From Macrostomum lignano (Eukaryota), in contig NIVC01000364.1 of assembly GCA_002269645.1 (NCBI GenBank), positions 62,001 through 126,000 on the forward strand: a stretch of 64,000 nt of DNA, given 5' to 3'. The position numbers and the translations under genes were made by a program. Of this stretch, positions 48,480 through 59,704 are shown one piece after another. The number at the start of each line of letters is the position of its first letter. Position 1 is the stretch's first letter. The notes under the pieces were generated by a model, which saw only the letters and a program-made list of their open reading frames with translations, was not told the DNA's origin and did no database searches.

Positions 48480-48865
48480 ACAATATAAATCAAGTGTGGT
48501 GCTATATACTTCCACATTGTGATTTCAACTATGACACAATTCAATTTAGTGTCAAAATTCAGGCAGTACACAGAAGATAAATAAAAAGCCTAGTGTGATA
48601 CATTCTATTTCTGAATGAGAATTCAGCTGGTCAGTTTTTTCTTTGGCATTTTTACAATGCATTTTAAGTTAGAACTCTGTTTGACCTTTGCAAAAAGCAG
48701 GTTTTTGATTAGATAATCCCTTTAGCATCAAGCAATTTCTTATCCACAATGCATGTACTGTCATAGAAAATTTCTGATTAAATGGTGCAAGTTTAAAGAA
48801 AATTGGTTCAGCCATTTTTTCTAATCAATCACATGAATACCAATAAACCAATTTTAGTATATGGA
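48480..48865 (-). mobile_element. Heavily mutated 5' fragment of the H1/H2 Helitron family
   Basis: Aligns to 36480-36852 and 41235-41599; begins TCCATATACTAAAA on the minus strand; all CpGs are lost. Confidence 0.75.
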
Positions 48866-49524
48866 AGAGATAGAGAGAAAAAGATAAAAGATGGAAAAGA
48901 AAGAATAAAAAGAAAAAGAAATCAAAATATTTTCTAACCTTCAAAAAGTTGAGCAACAAAAAAAGAAATTTCTCTATAAGATTTATATGATAAAGTTATT
49001 GTAGGTCCAAGTTATTGTATGAAAAATAAAATTTTTTTTTGGGGAAAATGACCCAAATAAAATGTCTAATGGATTAGAATATCATAAATTTTCTTTTTTA
49101 GGATAACCAACCACTTGTATCATTGGCATGTTATCTATATTGTCATCTATAATATAATTATAGTCTTAGCATTCATGTGCAACCTTAGGCATCACCCAAC
49201 TATCACTATTGGCAACAAATACATATAAGTCACTATTGGCTGATTTCATAATTTAAGCTATAACATTTATTGTCATTTCCTTTTTATGATTTGCTAATTT
49301 TTTGTCAAATAAAAAAGTATACATTATCAGTTAACTTGCAAAGATTGCTGTTTTTTAGTTATGTAACAAAATGAATTGTTGTTTTCATATTAGCTTTTCT
49401 TATAGTAGTAATTTTTAGACTCTTTAGATTCAAATAGGACATTATCCATTGCTGACTTTGTCTTATGCCTATAGCTGTTTGACTTTCTTGGATGTGTTAA
49501 AAGATAAGATATACTTTGAAAGGA

Positions 49525-49705
49525 GCATGCTTGGGCGCAACCTAGGGATTCACCTGGCCGTTTCTATTGGCAACACACACATATGAAAGTCACTATTGGA
49601 CAGAATAGTAATCATGTGACTGCTCTCAGCCAATAGCAACTTACATGTGTGTGTGTGTTGCCAATAGAAATGGCCTAGTGATTTCCAAGGTTGCGCATGT
49701 CTGGA
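49525..49705. mobile_element. Second (inverted) copy of the fold-back MITE-like element
   Basis: Reverse complement of 45662-45838 (GCGCAACCTAGGGATTCACC...CCAAGGTTGCGCATGT). Confidence 0.65.
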
Positions 49706-49887
49706 AAGGAAAATACATAAAATATTTTCTTAATATATTTTTTGTTTTTTTTCAAGCATTAGGCTAGATAATAATTTAAGCATATAATTCCTTTGGCACT
49801 AAAAATATTATAACAAATTATTCCAAACTATATTTAACTACAGAGGATTTGATTTTGAGAAAAACAGCTTGCATTTATTTAAAGAAA

Positions 49888-52280
49888 ATGGAACCTTTAT
49901 TGGATGTTAATTATGAACCACTGGTGCTAAAAGTCATTGAATATTATCAGCTTGGCTTTTTGTTTGATGATGGCACTGTTGAACTATTGGGCTCAGAACA
50001 TCTAGAAACTGAAAATACTACTCACTTATTGCAAGAGAATGGTGCAGCTGCTCAGTCATTTGCATCTTTTGACGTCTGTGTTCAGGTCAGTAAGTTTTTG
50101 TTACTTTAGATTTATTACCATTGCTCTATAAACTGTGTTAATTAATATTAAAAATGACATAGCTACTCAAAAATAGGTCCTAAATTAGCAGAAGCTGCAG
50201 TTTTTTAGTTTGGAGTTTTTTCTGGACAGTTGCCAATAACAAGCTAACTGTAGGTGACCCCTGCCAACTGAATTTTAAGCCCCATGTGCTAGTTAGTGAC
50301 TGGATTTAAAACAAATAACAACCTTAGCTGCCACTATCCACTGCCCGTCTTTCATTTGGCTACAATCAGGGATGGGGAGTAGCACTGGTCACCTGAACAA
50401 TCAGGGATGGGGAATAGCACTGGTCACCTGAACAATCAGGGATGGGGAGTAGCACTGGTCACCTGAACAATCAGGGATGGGGAATAGCACTGGTCACCTG
50501 AACAATCAGGGATGGGGAGTAGCACTGGTCACCTGAACAATCAGGGATGGGGAGTAGCACTGGTCACCTGAACAATCAGCGACGGGGGGAGTAGCACTGG
50601 TCACCTGAACAATCAGCGACGGGGGGAGTAGCACTGGTCACCTGAACAATCAGGGATGGGGGGTAACAGCGTTGACCTGTTAGTGCACTGTCAGTACCGC
50701 ACTGCACACACAGGGAAGGCATTCTGCTCCTATCTCATTCTGCTCTCATTGAAACACAGGTGAATGTGTGCACAGGTCACGTGACTAATATGCCTGTAGC
50801 TGAACCGCCCTCGCCAACTGAACGCGAGCAGCTCCGTCTAGCGGCTTGGTCGGCTCGGGCCCTCCGCTGCGATCGGGAGCTCGCCAGGCTCCGCTGCGCT
50901 GCTCGGCGTCTCATTGGCCGGCTGGTGCCGCGTCTGCGCCTGCCGAAGCCGCCGCGACTGCTCACGCCGAAGGAGCTGTCTGCGGCCCGTTTTGCCGAAC
51001 GGCTAGGCCTGCGCTACGACGGTGCCGGAGCAGGTCGCTGCATTCGCCGCGACTGCTGCTGCTGGCCTCGGAGGCGCAAGACATTTCAGGTAGCTAAAAG
51101 CAGTGGACCGCGGGTTAGTTTGGTAGAGTTGGTACACTCAGGGATGGGGACAGGGGAGTAGCACTGGTCACCTGAACAATCAGGGATGGGGGAGTAGCAC
51201 TGGTCACCTGAACAATCAGGGATGGGGGAGTAGCACTGGTCACCTGAGCAATCAGGGATGGGGGGTAGCACTGGTCACCTGAGCAATCAGGGATGGGGGG
51301 TAGCACTGGTCACCTGAGCAATCAGGGATGGGGAGTAGCACTGGTCACCTGAGCAATCAGGGATGGGGGAGTAGCACTGGTCACCTGAGCAATCAGGGAT
51401 GGGGGAGTAGCACTGGTCACCTGAGCAATCAGCGATGGGGGGTAGCACTGGTCACCTGAGCAATCAGGGATGGGGGGTAGCACTGGTCACCTGAGCAATC
51501 AGGGATGGGGAGTAGCACTGGTCACCTGAGCAATCAGGGATGGGGGAGTAGCACTGGTCATCTGAACGATCAGGGATGGGGGAGTAGCACTGGTCACCTG
51601 AGCAATCAGGGATGGGGGGTAGCACTGGTCAACTGAGCAATCAGGGATGGGGGGTAGCACTGGTCACCTGAGCAATCAGGGATGGGGAGTAGCACTGGTC
51701 ACCTGAGCAATCAGGGATGGGGGAGTAGCACTGGTCATCTGAACGATCAGGGATGGGGGAGTAGCACTGGTCACCTGAGCAATCAGGGATGGGGGGTAGC
51801 ACTGGTCACCTGAGCAATCAGGGATGGGGGGTAGCACTGGTCACCTGAGCAATCAGGGATGGGGGGTAGCACTGGTCACCTGAGCAATCAGGGATGGGGG
51901 AGTAGCAGTGGTCACCTGAACGATCAGGGATGGGGAGAGTAGCAGCTAGCAGCGGTCACCTGAATGTCACACTCTTTGTAACTCTGCCAGTAAGCAATCA
52001 AAGGCGACCCTACTTATTCTCACGGCACCTGCACGCACCCATGCATACCCAGTCAGGGTCTCAGCAGCTGCAGGTGTGCCTGAGCGCCGATCCTGCCGGC
52101 TGTTTGCGTTTGGCACTACGCGACGCAGCCGGCCTGTTGCGCCTGCTGGTACCATCCTGGCGGCGGCCATCGAGACTGTCGCAAGTTCGGCGCAGGCGTC
52201 GTCGTGACGAGTCCGCGGCAGACATTATTAAGGCTATGCTGAAGGCGGCTGGCTGCTGCGATCTGAGATTGCGTGGCTAA
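49888..52280 (+). CDS. Uncharacterised 244-aa protein; join(49888..50085,50760..51089,52074..52280)
   Basis: Three open segments separated by satellite-filled introns, all phase 0 (CAG|gtcagt...acag|GTG; CAG|gtagct...gcag|GTG), ending in TAA. Exons 2-3 have the GC-rich style of the other genes. No family recognised; exon 1 is least certain. Confidence 0.6.
50365..50662. repeat. Intronic minisatellite, ~35-36 bp GTAGCACTGGTCACCTGAACAATCAGGGATGGGGA, ~8 copies
   Basis: Tandem array in intron 1 of the 49888-52280 gene. Confidence 0.93.
51137..51962. repeat. Intronic minisatellite, same ~35-36 bp family, ~23 copies
   Basis: Tandem array in intron 2 of the 49888-52280 gene. Confidence 0.95.
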
Positions 52281-53137
52281 GAAAATCTGAGACCTTTATT
52301 GTTTTTTTGCTCACACGGTTTAACTTTGGCATTACGGTTCGTTTTTTGAGTCTTTTCAAAGTCCTTTTTATCAATTCTATCTGCATTTGTTAGTTTTTCA
52401 ACCGGATTAATAATATAATAATTTTCTGTATTCATCCCGCTTATAGATGAACCGTCTTTCAGTCTGTTTTTGTCTAATAAATAAATTAATACTAATATTA
52501 ATATAACTTTTTTGCAGCCCATTTAGGCTTGCACGCATTGAATTTAATCCAAGATACGTTCATCAAAACAATCTACCTAGCTATAACAAAAACAAATAGA
52601 GCATTTTATTTAGCATGGTCAAAACTGCGCTTCGATCACAAGCCCATGGCGTTTGTTCAACAGTCTGGCATATGGTCCACGATTCTGGGGCTGATGAAGC
52701 ACAGCATCCTTCCTCACTGCTTGTGACAGTCATGTCTAAATGAAAATCTAGGGGTGACACTGCAGAGCCGCTTTGGGACCAAATTAGATGCCACTGTGCC
52801 AGCCTTGCTGCCACAGACAAAAGCTCCGTTACTTTATGCGTGCAAGCCCAAATGGACTGCAAAGAGCTATACTTTTCAGAAGTTTTTATTCTGCTTTATT
52901 GATTTATGAAAACTTATATAAGCTAGTTGGTTTGTGCTATAAATTGTTATATTTTAAGCTGAATAAGTGATTACTTAGTGAGTCCGTGGGTTCGATTTCA
53001 CGATTCACGAGTCTATGAGAGCCAATCCATCAACGCAACTAGACATTAAATGAAAAGTTCCTATCTTGAGAGTTTCCGAAAGAAAAGATATCCCGATTTT
53101 TCTCCCGCAGCCTCATCTCACAGCCCAGTGTGTGAGC

Positions 53138-56100
53138 ATGGACGTATGCTACATGTGCGGCACAGCGGCCGCCTCCTGTGAGGTGCAAGCGACGCCGAAT
53201 CCAAGTGCACCGCACGAGCCCTACTTTCCCTCTCTAATGTGCTACGAGTGTCCGAGGGGCGCCAAGCCGCCAAGCGTATCTGGCAGCGTGCGCACCTGCG
53301 CCCAGTGCCGGCACCAGCTATTAGCCAGCTGGCGGCAGCCAAGTTCAACAGACGAAGCCAGCGCACAATGGCTACTGCAGCAGCAGATCTATATGAGCAT
53401 GCTCAAATCGGCTGGCATGACCGGTCCAGCCGGAGGTGGCGCCAGTGCGTCCGATTTTTTTACCCCGTCCTCGGCTTACGGTCCGGAAGCGTTGATGAGG
53501 CTGGCCCAGCTTCAGCAACATCAGCAGCAGCAGCAGCAGCAGCATCATCATCATCAACACCAGCAGCATCAGAAGCAGCAGCAACAGCAGCAGGCTGTCA
53601 GGTCGGCAGCAAACAGTAGCGCTGGATCTTCGTCTCGCGCCAGTCCGTCAGTCGGCGCTCAGCAGATTCGCTGTTTCCTATGCCGCAAAAGCATGGCCAA
53701 ACAGGATGCTAAGATTGTGTACGCGACCAGGGTGTCGGATAATTGCGAGCATTTCCCCTTTCTAAAACAGCTCGTCCCGCCGCCTGAGGCGCTGCCGCTG
53801 ACGCAGGGCGCTACTAAGCTGTGTTTGCAGTGCCATTCGTCTCTAGCTGAGCAGTATCGGCACTACGAGATGGTCAAGACTCCGCAGGACTCTCGAGTCT
53901 ATCAGGTTGTAAGCGAGGGCGGCCAGACTAAGTTTTATTGCAATACTGGCACGTTAAGTCTTAGTTGCCCGTTGTGCGGCGATTCGTTTAAGGATACACC
54001 AATTTGGTTGTCATGGAAACCAACGGCATCCTCTACCGGCGGAGGCGGCAATTCCAGTTCGACTCCGTTTTATCCTCTGCTGAGCAAAGTGACTTGCGAA
54101 TATTCGCATCTATTGATTGACAAGCAGCGCGGCCGCTTGTTAGCCTGTCGCACCTGCTGCGATCACCTGCACCAGCAGTGGACCCAACAGGAGCGCCTGC
54201 CGCCGCAGTCAAGGTATTATCAGCTGCGTCGAACTCCGCCTAGTCAGCCATCGCCAGCTGGCGGCGGCGTAGCCGCGTCCCCGGGCTCGAACCCCGGCGT
54301 CCGGCCAATGATAGCCCAGTGTCACGTGTGCCTGTGCGCTTTGCACAATCCAGAAACTCTTAAACTATTGCGTCACAAGCCCAAATCAGGTCGGCCAGCT
54401 TCGCCTTATTTCCCATTTCTAGCCAACCTGCGTCACAATAGCCAGGCTAGCGCTAATGGCACCTTCCCAGTCTGCGATCTCTGCTATACTAACCTGCGCT
54501 GGCAGTGGATTCGCCGAAGCTCCAGTAGCGTAAATTCAACACCCGACGCTGCCTCCGCCAGTTATCAAACCGAATATATTTGCAGCGGCTGTCTGCAATT
54601 GAAGACTTCGAAAGAGGAGGTCCGACTGCAGGGCGACTGTTTGCTCTGCTTGGATTGCGCCACTATTGGTGGTCGCGCTGGCGCCAGTGGCAGCAGCGGC
54701 GGCCGCGAGCGGGTGACGGCCACTGTGCCGCCCATCACGCGCTCCTCGGAGACTCGGCCAGCGATGGCCTCGACGCCGATTGCTTCGGCCGCTCAGCAGC
54801 TTCACCATCACCAAGGATCCGGCGGCGGCGGCGGCGGCGGCGGTTATTCCGACGCTTTGCGCAACATTGCAGCCAAGAATGCGGCCGCGGCGGCTGCTGC
54901 TGCCGCCACTCCAACATCGTCAGCGATGGACAATCCAAGCATGGCGCTGGGTACCCTGCCGCCGCCTGGCTGGCTGGGCCCCGACCAGCTTGCCGCCTAC
55001 TATAACCAGATGATTGGCTATAGCTATCAGTACCAGATGCTGCAGGCCCTGGCCTCAGCTTATCCTCCTTATCCGTCAGATCCGGCCTCTCTGGCTATGC
55101 TTTATGGCTACCATCAGCAGCAGCACAGGCCCGGGCATCAGCCAGTTAGCGCCTCCTATCCTCCATTCAGCACTAGTGGCGCCATGGCCTCCAGCGCTTC
55201 TAGTTCATCGGCGGCGGCGGCCGCAGCCGCGGCAATGATGATGATGGACTCCTCACAGATGATGTCGGGCGGCCCGGCTGGTTACTATGCCAATTCGGCC
55301 ATGGGCGCCGGCCTGCTGGGGCATCAGTCCGTTCCCGCCAGGCCAGCAGGCGCTGCCAAGACAACCACCGTGACAGCGGCGGCAGCTACAGCAGCCAAGC
55401 CGCCGACTCCCGCTAAGTCGCTCGCGCCTACAGCCGCGCCGTCTTCTAATCGAGGCCCTGGCGCTGTGATTCCTTCCTCGCCCAGTATGAAAACTTCAAG
55501 GCCGCCTGCTGCCTCCACTCAGCAGCAGCAGCAGCATGAGGACGCCCTGGATCTCAGCCGGAAGCCGGGTCTCCCTGCGCCTGTGATCCGGCCGCCATTC
55601 CTGGCCCCGGCCGCTGTCAGCACTCGGCCTGCCGGTTCCGCCCACAAAATGTTTCGCCCATTCGAGGACAGCGACGACGAATCCAAGCCAACGCCGCCGA
55701 AGCCCTCGCAACATACTCTTTATACAGCTTCTCAGCATCATCATCAGCAGCATCAGCTCTCGTCCCTGTCTCCGTCCCGCCCAGCTGCCACCGCAGCCGT
55801 TACCGCCGGCAGCCCAAAGCCGCCAACTCTGTCGCCGCAGCAGAGTCGCGTGGACGCCGCCGCGTCCGCATTATCTGCAGCGGCCCCGTCAGACAATCAC
55901 AGCGCCGCTGCTGCCTCCGGCTCTCGGGTCGACACGGACTCGTCCGAGGAGGGCAACGACTCGCCGGCCCACACGCCCGACCTGTTGCGGCGAAATCTCA
56001 AAGAGAAATCGAATTTTTTGCGAAAATTTCACCTGCGACCGCTCAGCCATGCTCAGAAAATTTGTAAGCAATTTCTTCTTTTCTTGTTTGGCTTTCCCCA

Positions 56101-58248
56101 TTAACCATAAATCTCTAAATTCGAAATGTCTATTCCAAATCCAAGGTACCAGGTACCTACCCTAGATCGGAGATCCCTACCCTAGATCGGAGATCCCTAC
56201 CCTAGATCGGAGATCCCTACCCTAGATCGGAGATCCCTACCCTAGATCGGAGATCCCTACCCTAGATCGGAGATCCCTACCCTAGATCGGAGATCCCTAC
56301 CCTAGATCGGAGATCCCTACCCTAGATCAGAGATCCCTACCCTAGATCGGAGGTCCCTACCCTAGATCGGAGGTCCCTACCCTAGATCGGAGATCCCTAC
56401 CCTAAATCGGAGGTCCCTACCTTAGATCGAAGGTCCCTACCCTAGATCGGAGGTCCCTACCCTAGATCGGCGATCGCTAACTTAGATCGGAGATCCCTAC
56501 CCTTGATCGGAGATCCCTACCCCAGATCGGAGATCCCTACCCTAGATCGGAGATCCCTACCCTAGATCAGAGATCCCTGCCCTAGATCGGAAGTCCCTAC
56601 CCTAGATCGGAGGTCCCTACCCTAGATCGGAGATCCCTACTCCAGATCGGAGATCCCTACCCTAGATCGGAGATCCCTACCCTAGATCAGAGATCCCTGC
56701 CCTAGATCGGAGATCCCTACCCTCGATCAGAGATCCCTACCCTAGATCGGAGATCCCTACCCTAGACCAGAGATCCCTGCCCTAGATCGGAGATCCCTAC
56801 CCTAGATCAGAGATCCCTACCCTAGATCGGAGATCCCTACCCTAGATCAGAGATCCCTACCCTAGATCGGAAGTCCCTACCCTCGATCAGAGATCCCTAC
56901 CCTAGATCGGAGATCCCTACCCTAGATCAGAGATCCCTACCCTAGATCGGAGATCCCTACCCTAGATCAGAGATCCCTACCCTAGATCGGAAGTCCCTAC
57001 CCTAGATCGGAGGTCCCTACCCTAGATCGGAGGTCCCTACCCTAGATCGGAGATCCCTACCTTAGATCGGAGATCCCTACCCTTGATCGGAGATCCCTAC
57101 CCCAGATCGGAGATCCCTACCCTAGATCGTAGATCCCTACCCTAGATCAGAGATCCCTGCCCTAGATCGGAAGTCCCTACCCTAGATCGGAGGTCCCTAC
57201 CCTAGATCGGAGATCCCTACCCCAGATCGGAGATCCCTACCCTAGATCGGAGATCCCTACCCTAGATCAGAGATCCCTGCCCTAGATCGGAGATCCCTAC
57301 CCTCGATCAGAGATCCCTACCCTAGATCGGAGATCCCTACCCTAGATCAGAGATCCCTACCCTAGATCGGAAGTCCCTACCCTAGATCGGAGGTCCCTAC
57401 CATAGATCGGAGATCCCTGCCCTAGATCGGAGGTCCCTACCCTAGATCGGAGGTCCCTACCCTAGATCAGCTATCCCTATCCTAGATCGGAAGTCCCTAC
57501 CCTAGATCGGAGGTCCCTACCATAGATCGGAGATCCCTGCCCTAGATCGGAGATCCCTACCCTAGATCGGAGGTCCCTACCCTAGATCGGAGGTCCCTGC
57601 CCTAGATCGGCTATCCCTATCCTAGATCGGCTATCCCTATCCTAGATCGGCTATCCCTATCCTAGATTGGAGGTCCCTATCCTAGATCAAGGTCCCTACC
57701 TTAAATCGCAAGTCCCTACCTTAGATCGACGTCCCTACCCTAGATAGGCGGTCCCTACCATAGATCAGAGATCCCTACCTTAGATTGCAGGTCTGTATTA
57801 TCAATTCTTTGGGATAAAGTTTTTCCTCACCGTACATTAATAATTCATGTACGTACATGTATAGTTGATCATTTTCACACATTTAAAATGAATTTATAAT
57901 CCACATTTTATTTTACGATGATGAACTACTTGTATTACTATTCAGCATTGGTCAGTAGTATATAATACCGCGCCCTATTTTGCTCGAACTTCTACAGGCC
58001 ACAGGCAAACTCGCCAGCTAGTGCGCAAGTATCTGCGTCGAATTCGCAAACGGTCCAAAGCCGCTTCGCGTTTGGCTACGTCGAGAATTCTTCGCCGTCT
58101 TGAGGTCGACGTCGCTAATGCCGACCATGCTGCGGCCGTCGCCGAAGTGCCCGAAGGCAACGGCAGCTGCAACGGTAGTCCTCCAGCGACGGCGGACCTG
58201 GTGGCTGCTGCAGCTGCCGGCAGTGTGGACGTAGAAATGTCGGCCTGA
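53138..58248 (+). CDS. Plexus/GSE1-like nuclear protein with repeated C4 zinc-binding modules; join(53138..56063,57998..58248), ~1058 aa
   Basis: Four modules CxxC...P(Y/H)FP(F/S)L...CxxC...W/Y like those of Drosophila Plexus and invertebrate GSE1-like proteins. KEKSNFLRKFHLRPLS resembles the GSE1 segment EEKKKFLTIFNLTHIS as I recall it. Phase-1 join ATT T|gtaagc...tacag|GC. An acceptor TCTCCCGCAG at 53101-53110 means an upstream exon or trans-splicing is possible. Confidence 0.75.
56155..57790. repeat. Intronic minisatellite, 20 bp CCTAGATCGGAGATCCCTAC, ~80 copies
   Basis: Directly visible array filling the intron of the GSE1-like gene. Confidence 0.97.
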
Positions 58249-58299
58249 TAAATGTCTCAGTATTTACCTTTAACAGTGTCAGAAAATTTACTATTAATA

Positions 58300-58925
58300 C
58301 TGTCCGAAAATCTCCCAAAACTAGTATCCAATAATCTTCTCAACTGGTGTCCGAGAATATCCCAAAGTTGTCTGAGAATCTCCCATAATTTTAGCTTAGT
58401 AATCTCCTATTAATTGTATCCGAGAATCCCCTTATATAGTGCCCGAAAATCACCTTAAATTTGTCCAAGAATCCCCATAAATAGTGTGTCCAAGAATCCC
58501 CCTTAAATAGAGTCCGAGAATCCCGTTTTATAGTGTCCGAGAATCCCCTTATATAGAGTCCGAGAATCCCGTTTTATAGTGTCCGAGAATCCCCTTATAT
58601 AGTGTCCGAGAATTCCCTTTTATAGTGTCCGAGAATCCCCCTTAAATAGAGTCCGAGAATCCCGTTTTATAGTGTCCGAGAATCCCCTTATATATAGTGT
58701 CCGAGAATTCCCTTTTATAGTGTCCGAGAATCCCCTTATATAGTGTTTGAGAATCTCCTTTTATAGTGTCCGAGAATTCCCTTATATAATGTCCGAGAAT
58801 CCCTTATATAGTGTCCAGACAGAATCTCCAATAAATTGTGCCCGATAAACTCCCATAATATAGTCTGAGAATATCCCATTAATAGTGTCCGAGAATCTCC
58901 CATATGCATGTATAGTGTCCTAGAA
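58300..58925. repeat. Minisatellite, ~22-24 bp TAGTGTCCGAGAATCCCCTTA(TA)
   Basis: Tandem array starting just after the GSE1-like stop codon; degenerate edges. Confidence 0.88.
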
Positions 58926-59704
58926 TCTGGTACAGAACCAGTTCAAGAAGCCACAGGTCACAGCAATCCATGAGTATTTAGCAGCCAGTTGATTATTGTT
59001 ATGTGTTGCATTATTGTTTATTTTCAATGCAAATTGGCGAGAATTATTGTTGAAATGTTCTGTTCGAATTAATCAGTACCAGCTAAAGAAATAAAAGTAC
59101 TTTTATTCGCTACAGAAATTGACAAATTGTTTGCTCTTCGTGAAACATTTTTGTTTTAGCGCTTCTTTTTTGAGTATTCGTTGTCCACACCCACACCCCA
59201 CTTACTACTCATAACTGCCTGATTGCTAATAGTAGTGTATTAATTCTCATCGAAATTCGATAAATTTATCAGCCTCTAATCTCTCTGTTACTAAGTCAAG
59301 CTATGGATTCAATTGTAATGAAATTCTCTGTACAGACTTGCGCATGCTATTTGTATCGCTTTTTTAGCTTACTAGCTGACTCGTATTATACTACTTGTAT
59401 TACTACATTCATCTATATCTGGCGTTATTATTGTTATTGTAAGATTTTTTAAGTAACTTTTGTCGTCGGTAGTTTGTAAATTTTATTTATTTTTAGACGG
59501 TAAATACGCGTGCATACTACTTGTATTAAAGCGATATCGGATCTCTTGTTAGCTACACTTTTAATTCCGAATTTTTAGTAGTATAGTGCGAATAAGATTC
59601 TCCCGGTTCTGTTGAATCTCTATTCACCGTGTCTACTCCGGTTCCGTGGCCGGATTTTCAATTTTGTTGCTTCAACAAACTACAACAATTGATAGCAATG
59701 TCCT

